From: Eledone cirrhosa
Lineage: Eukaryota
DNA length: 64,000 bases
Direction of reading: 5' to 3'
Assembly (NCBI GenBank): GCA_964016885.1
Contig: OZ024743.1
Span: 135,408,001-135,472,000 of the forward strand
Below are positions 61,561 through 64,000 of this stretch, piece after piece (the first letter of the stretch is position 1; each line of letters opens with the position of its first letter). Made by a program: the position numbers and the translations under genes. The notes under the pieces are model-generated. The model searched no databases. It had not been told where the DNA came from and saw only the letters and a program-made list of their open reading frames with translations.

Positions 61561-64000
61561 GGTGTTTGGTGCTTGGTGTTTGTACTTGGTGCTTGGTGCT
61601 TGGTGTTTGGTGCTTGGTGTTTGGTGCTTGGTGTTTGGTGTTTGCTGTTTGCTGTTTGCTGTTTGCTGTTTGGTGTTTGCTGTTTGGTGTTTGCTGTTTG
61701 GTGTTTGGTGCTTGCTGTTGGGTGTTTGGTGTTTGGTGCTTGCTGCTTAGTGTTTGGTGTTTGGTGTTTGGTGCATGGTGCTTGGGGCTTGGTGTTTGGT
61801 GCTTGGTGCTTGGTGCTTGGTGTTTGGTGTTTGGTGCTTGGTGCTTGGTGCTGGGTGTTTGGTGCTTGGTGTTTGGTGCATGGTGCTTGGTGCTTGGTGT
61901 TTGTCGCTTGGTGCTTGGTGCTTGGTGTTTGGTGCTTGGTGCTTGGTGTTTGGTGTTTGGTGCTTGGTGCTTGGTGTTTGGTGTTTGGTGCTTGGTGTTT
62001 GGTGTTTGGTGCTTGGTGCTTGGTGTTTGTTGCTTGGTACTTGGTGCATGGTGTTTGGTACTGTGTGCTTGGTGTTTGGTGCTTGGTGTTTGGTGCTTGG
62101 TGCTTGGTGTTTGGTGTTTGGTGTTTGATGCTTGGTGTTTGATGCTTGGTGCTTGGTGCTTGGTGTTTGGTGCTTGGTGTTTGTACTTGGTGTTTGGTGC
62201 TTGGTGTTTTGTGCTTGGTTCTTGGTGTTTGGTGTTTGGTGCTTGGTGCTTGGTGCTTGGTGTTAGGTGTTTCGTGCTTGGTGCTTGGTGTTTGGTGTTT
62301 GGTCCTTGGTGCTTGGTGTTTAGTACTTGGTGCTTGGTGTTTGTTGTTTGGTGTTTTCTGCTTGCTGCTTGGTGTTTGGTGCTTGGTGTTTGGTGCTAGG
62401 TGCTTGGTGTTTGGTGTTTGGTGTTTGGTGTTTGATGCTTGGTGTTTGGTGCTTGGTGTTTGGTGTTTGGTGCTTGGTGCTTGGGGCTTGGTGTTTGGTG
62501 CTTGGTGCTTGGTGCTTGGTGCTTGGTGTTTGCTGCTTGGTGTTTGGTGTTTGGTCTTTGGTGCTTGGTGCTTGGTGTTTGGTGCTTGGTGCTTGGTGCT
62601 GGGTGGTTGGTATTTGGTGCTTGGTGCTTGGTGTTTGGTGCTTGGTGCTTGGTGCTTGGTGTTTAGTGCTTGGTGCTTAGTGCTTGGTCTTTGGTGCTTG
62701 GGGTTTGGTGCTTGGTGCTTGGTGCTTGGTGTTTGTTGCTTGGTGTTTAGTGTTTGGTGCTTGGTGCTTGGGGTTTGGTGTTTGGTGCTTGGTACTTGGT
62801 GCTTGGTGTTTGTTGCTTGGTGTTTAGTGTTTGGTGCTTGGTGCTTGGGGTTTGGTGTTTGGTGCTTGGTACTTGGTGTTTGGTGCTTGGTGTTTGGTGT
62901 TTGGTGTTTGGTGTTTGGTGTATGCTGTTTGGTGTCTGCTTTTTGGTGTTTGGTGTTTGCTGTATGGTGTTTGCTGTTTGGTGTTTGGTGTTTGCTGTTT
63001 TGTGTTTGGTGTTTGCTGTTTGGTCTATGGTGCTTGGTGTTTGGTGTTTGGTGCTTGGTGTTTGGTGTTTGGTTCTTGGTGCTTGGTGCTTGGTGTTTGG
63101 TGTTTGGTGCTTGGTGTCTGGTGCTTGGTGTTTGGTGTTTGGTGTTTGGTGCTTGGTGTTTGGTGTTTGGTGTTTGGTGCTTGGTGCTTGGTGTTTGGTG
63201 TTTCGTGTTTGGTGTTTGGTGCTTGTTGCTTGGTGCTTGGTGCTTGGTGTTTGGTGCTTGGTGCTTGGTGTTTGGTGCTGGGTGCGTGGTGTTTGGTGCT
63301 TGGTGCTTGGTGCTTGGTGTTTGGTGTTTGGTGCTTGGTGCTTGGTGTTTGGTGTTTGGTGTTATATGCTTGGTGTTTGATGCTTGGTGCTTGGTGCTTG
63401 GTGTTTGGTGCTTGGTGGTTGGTGTTTTGTACTTGGTGCTTGGTGCTTGGTTCTTGGTGTTTGGTGCTTGGTGTTTGGTGCTTGGTGCTTGGTGTTTGGT
63501 GCTTGGTGTTTGGTGCTTGGTGTTTGGTGCTTGGTGCCTGGTGCTTGGTGCTTGGTGCTTGGTGTTTGGTGCTTGGTGTTTGGTGCTTGGTGTTAGGTGT
63601 TTGGTGCTTGGTGCTTGGTGTTTGGTGCTTGGCGTTTGGTGCTTGGTGCTTGGTGTTTGGTGTTTGGTGCTTGGTGTTTGGTGCTTGGTACTTGGTGCTT
63701 GGTGCTTGGTGTTAGGTGTCTGGTGCTTGGTGCTTGGTGTTTGGTTTTTGGTGCTTGGTGCTTGGTGTTTGGTGTTTGGTGCTTGCTGCTGGCTGCTTGG
63801 TGTTTGGTGCTTGGTGATTGGTGCTTGGTGTTTGGTGCTTGGTGTTTGGTGTTTGGTACTAGGTGCTTGGTGCTTGGTGTTTGGTGCTTGGTGCTTTGTG
63901 TCTGGTGTTTGGTGTTTGGTGCTTGGTGCTTGGTGTTTGGTGCTTGGTCTTTGGTGCTTGGTGTTTGGTGCTTGGTGCTTGGTGTTTGGTGCTTGGTGCT

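Larger units (their letters stand above)
1..64000. repeat. Heptamer satellite array (TTGGTGY)n, about 9,100 units, head-to-tail, GT-rich strand on +, open at both window edges
   Basis: Every line parses into TTGGTGC/TTGGTGT units with scattered point variants. No inversion or non-repeat insert was seen. The ORF track gives the same 7-aa period in all frames. Confidence 0.99.
53110..64000. repeat. Diverged satellite domain D with imperfect multi-kb repeats and a few recent short duplications
   Basis: Markers CTGCTGGCTGC (54131, 58301, 63786) and GTACTAGG (54201, 58371, 63856) recur at offsets 4170 and 5485 with many differences between copies. Domain A-C markers GGGACTT and TTCGTTCTTTGTGA were not seen here. 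Confidence 0.8.

Noticed and set aside
1412-62049. Minus-strand ORFs with S/T/P/Q-rich heptads resembling mucins or the RNA polymerase II CTD
   Set aside because: The minus consensus lacks T, so it has no stops. The 7-aa period follows from the 7-bp DNA period, the sequence is not YSPTSPS, and stop-creating variants are freely propagated.
2-63715. Hundreds of plus-strand ORFs of 60-723 aa, Trp/Cys/Leu/Val-rich and membrane-protein-like (for example 53730..55901)
   Set aside because: The consensus lacks A, so stops cannot occur. ORFs overlap in all three frames with the same peptide, start mostly at GTG/TTG and end at sporadic variant units. There is no unique domain or frame preference.
1-64000. 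Binary C/T string as synthetic data storage or a deliberate code
   Set aside because: No primers, indices or fixed-length blocks. Nested duplications with inherited point mutations are what natural satellite evolution produces.
1-64000. Base-calling artefact of a canonical telomere repeat (TTAGGG or TTTAGGG)
   Set aside because: Variant patterns are reproduced at about 99.7% over kb distances with consistent phase arithmetic, which random miscalling would not give. No canonical telomere tract was seen. Copy number could still be mis-assembled.
1-64000. Fungal RIP as the source of the C/T dimorphism
   Set aside because: The variable C is in a CpT context. The abundant CpA sites on the minus strand (TG on +) are only rarely mutated to TA, the opposite of the Neurospora-type RIP signature.
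1-64000. Cyanobacterial STRR heptamers or Drosophila virilis heptamer satellites
   Set aside because: The unit length is the same but the sequences differ (CCCCART, TTKGTCA, CAACAGT; AAACTAY, AAATTAC). STRR tracts are also far shorter than this array.

Overview
The whole 64 kb window is one uninterrupted, single-orientation tandem array of a 7-bp unit, TTGGTGY (TTGGTGC and TTGGTGT interspersed; minus strand RCACCAA). That is roughly 9,100 units (64000/7), and the array runs off both ends. I see no unique sequence, credible gene, RNA gene, transposon or CRISPR array. All ORFs in the track are by-products of the repeat: the consensus has no A on + and no T on -, so neither strand can form a stop codon, and because 7 is coprime with 3 all frames read the same heptapeptide (WCLV[L/F]G[A/V] on +, TKHQ[A/T]P[S/N] on -). 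The informative structure lies in the variant units. They reveal kb-scale higher-order repeats (about 3.3, 4.2, 3.7-4.2, 2.3/1.2 and 2.9 kb periods), four successive sequence domains with their own marker alleles, near-perfect 7-bp phase conservation, an equal-length patch replacement resembling gene conversion, and an older, more diverged zone after about 53.1 kb. The best interpretation is a satellite array (heterochromatic, centromeric or subtelomeric), probably eukaryotic. The organism and function cannot be determined from this window. I do not recognise the monomer, but I cannot claim it is new without a search. All counts are by eye or derived from ORF-track offsets.
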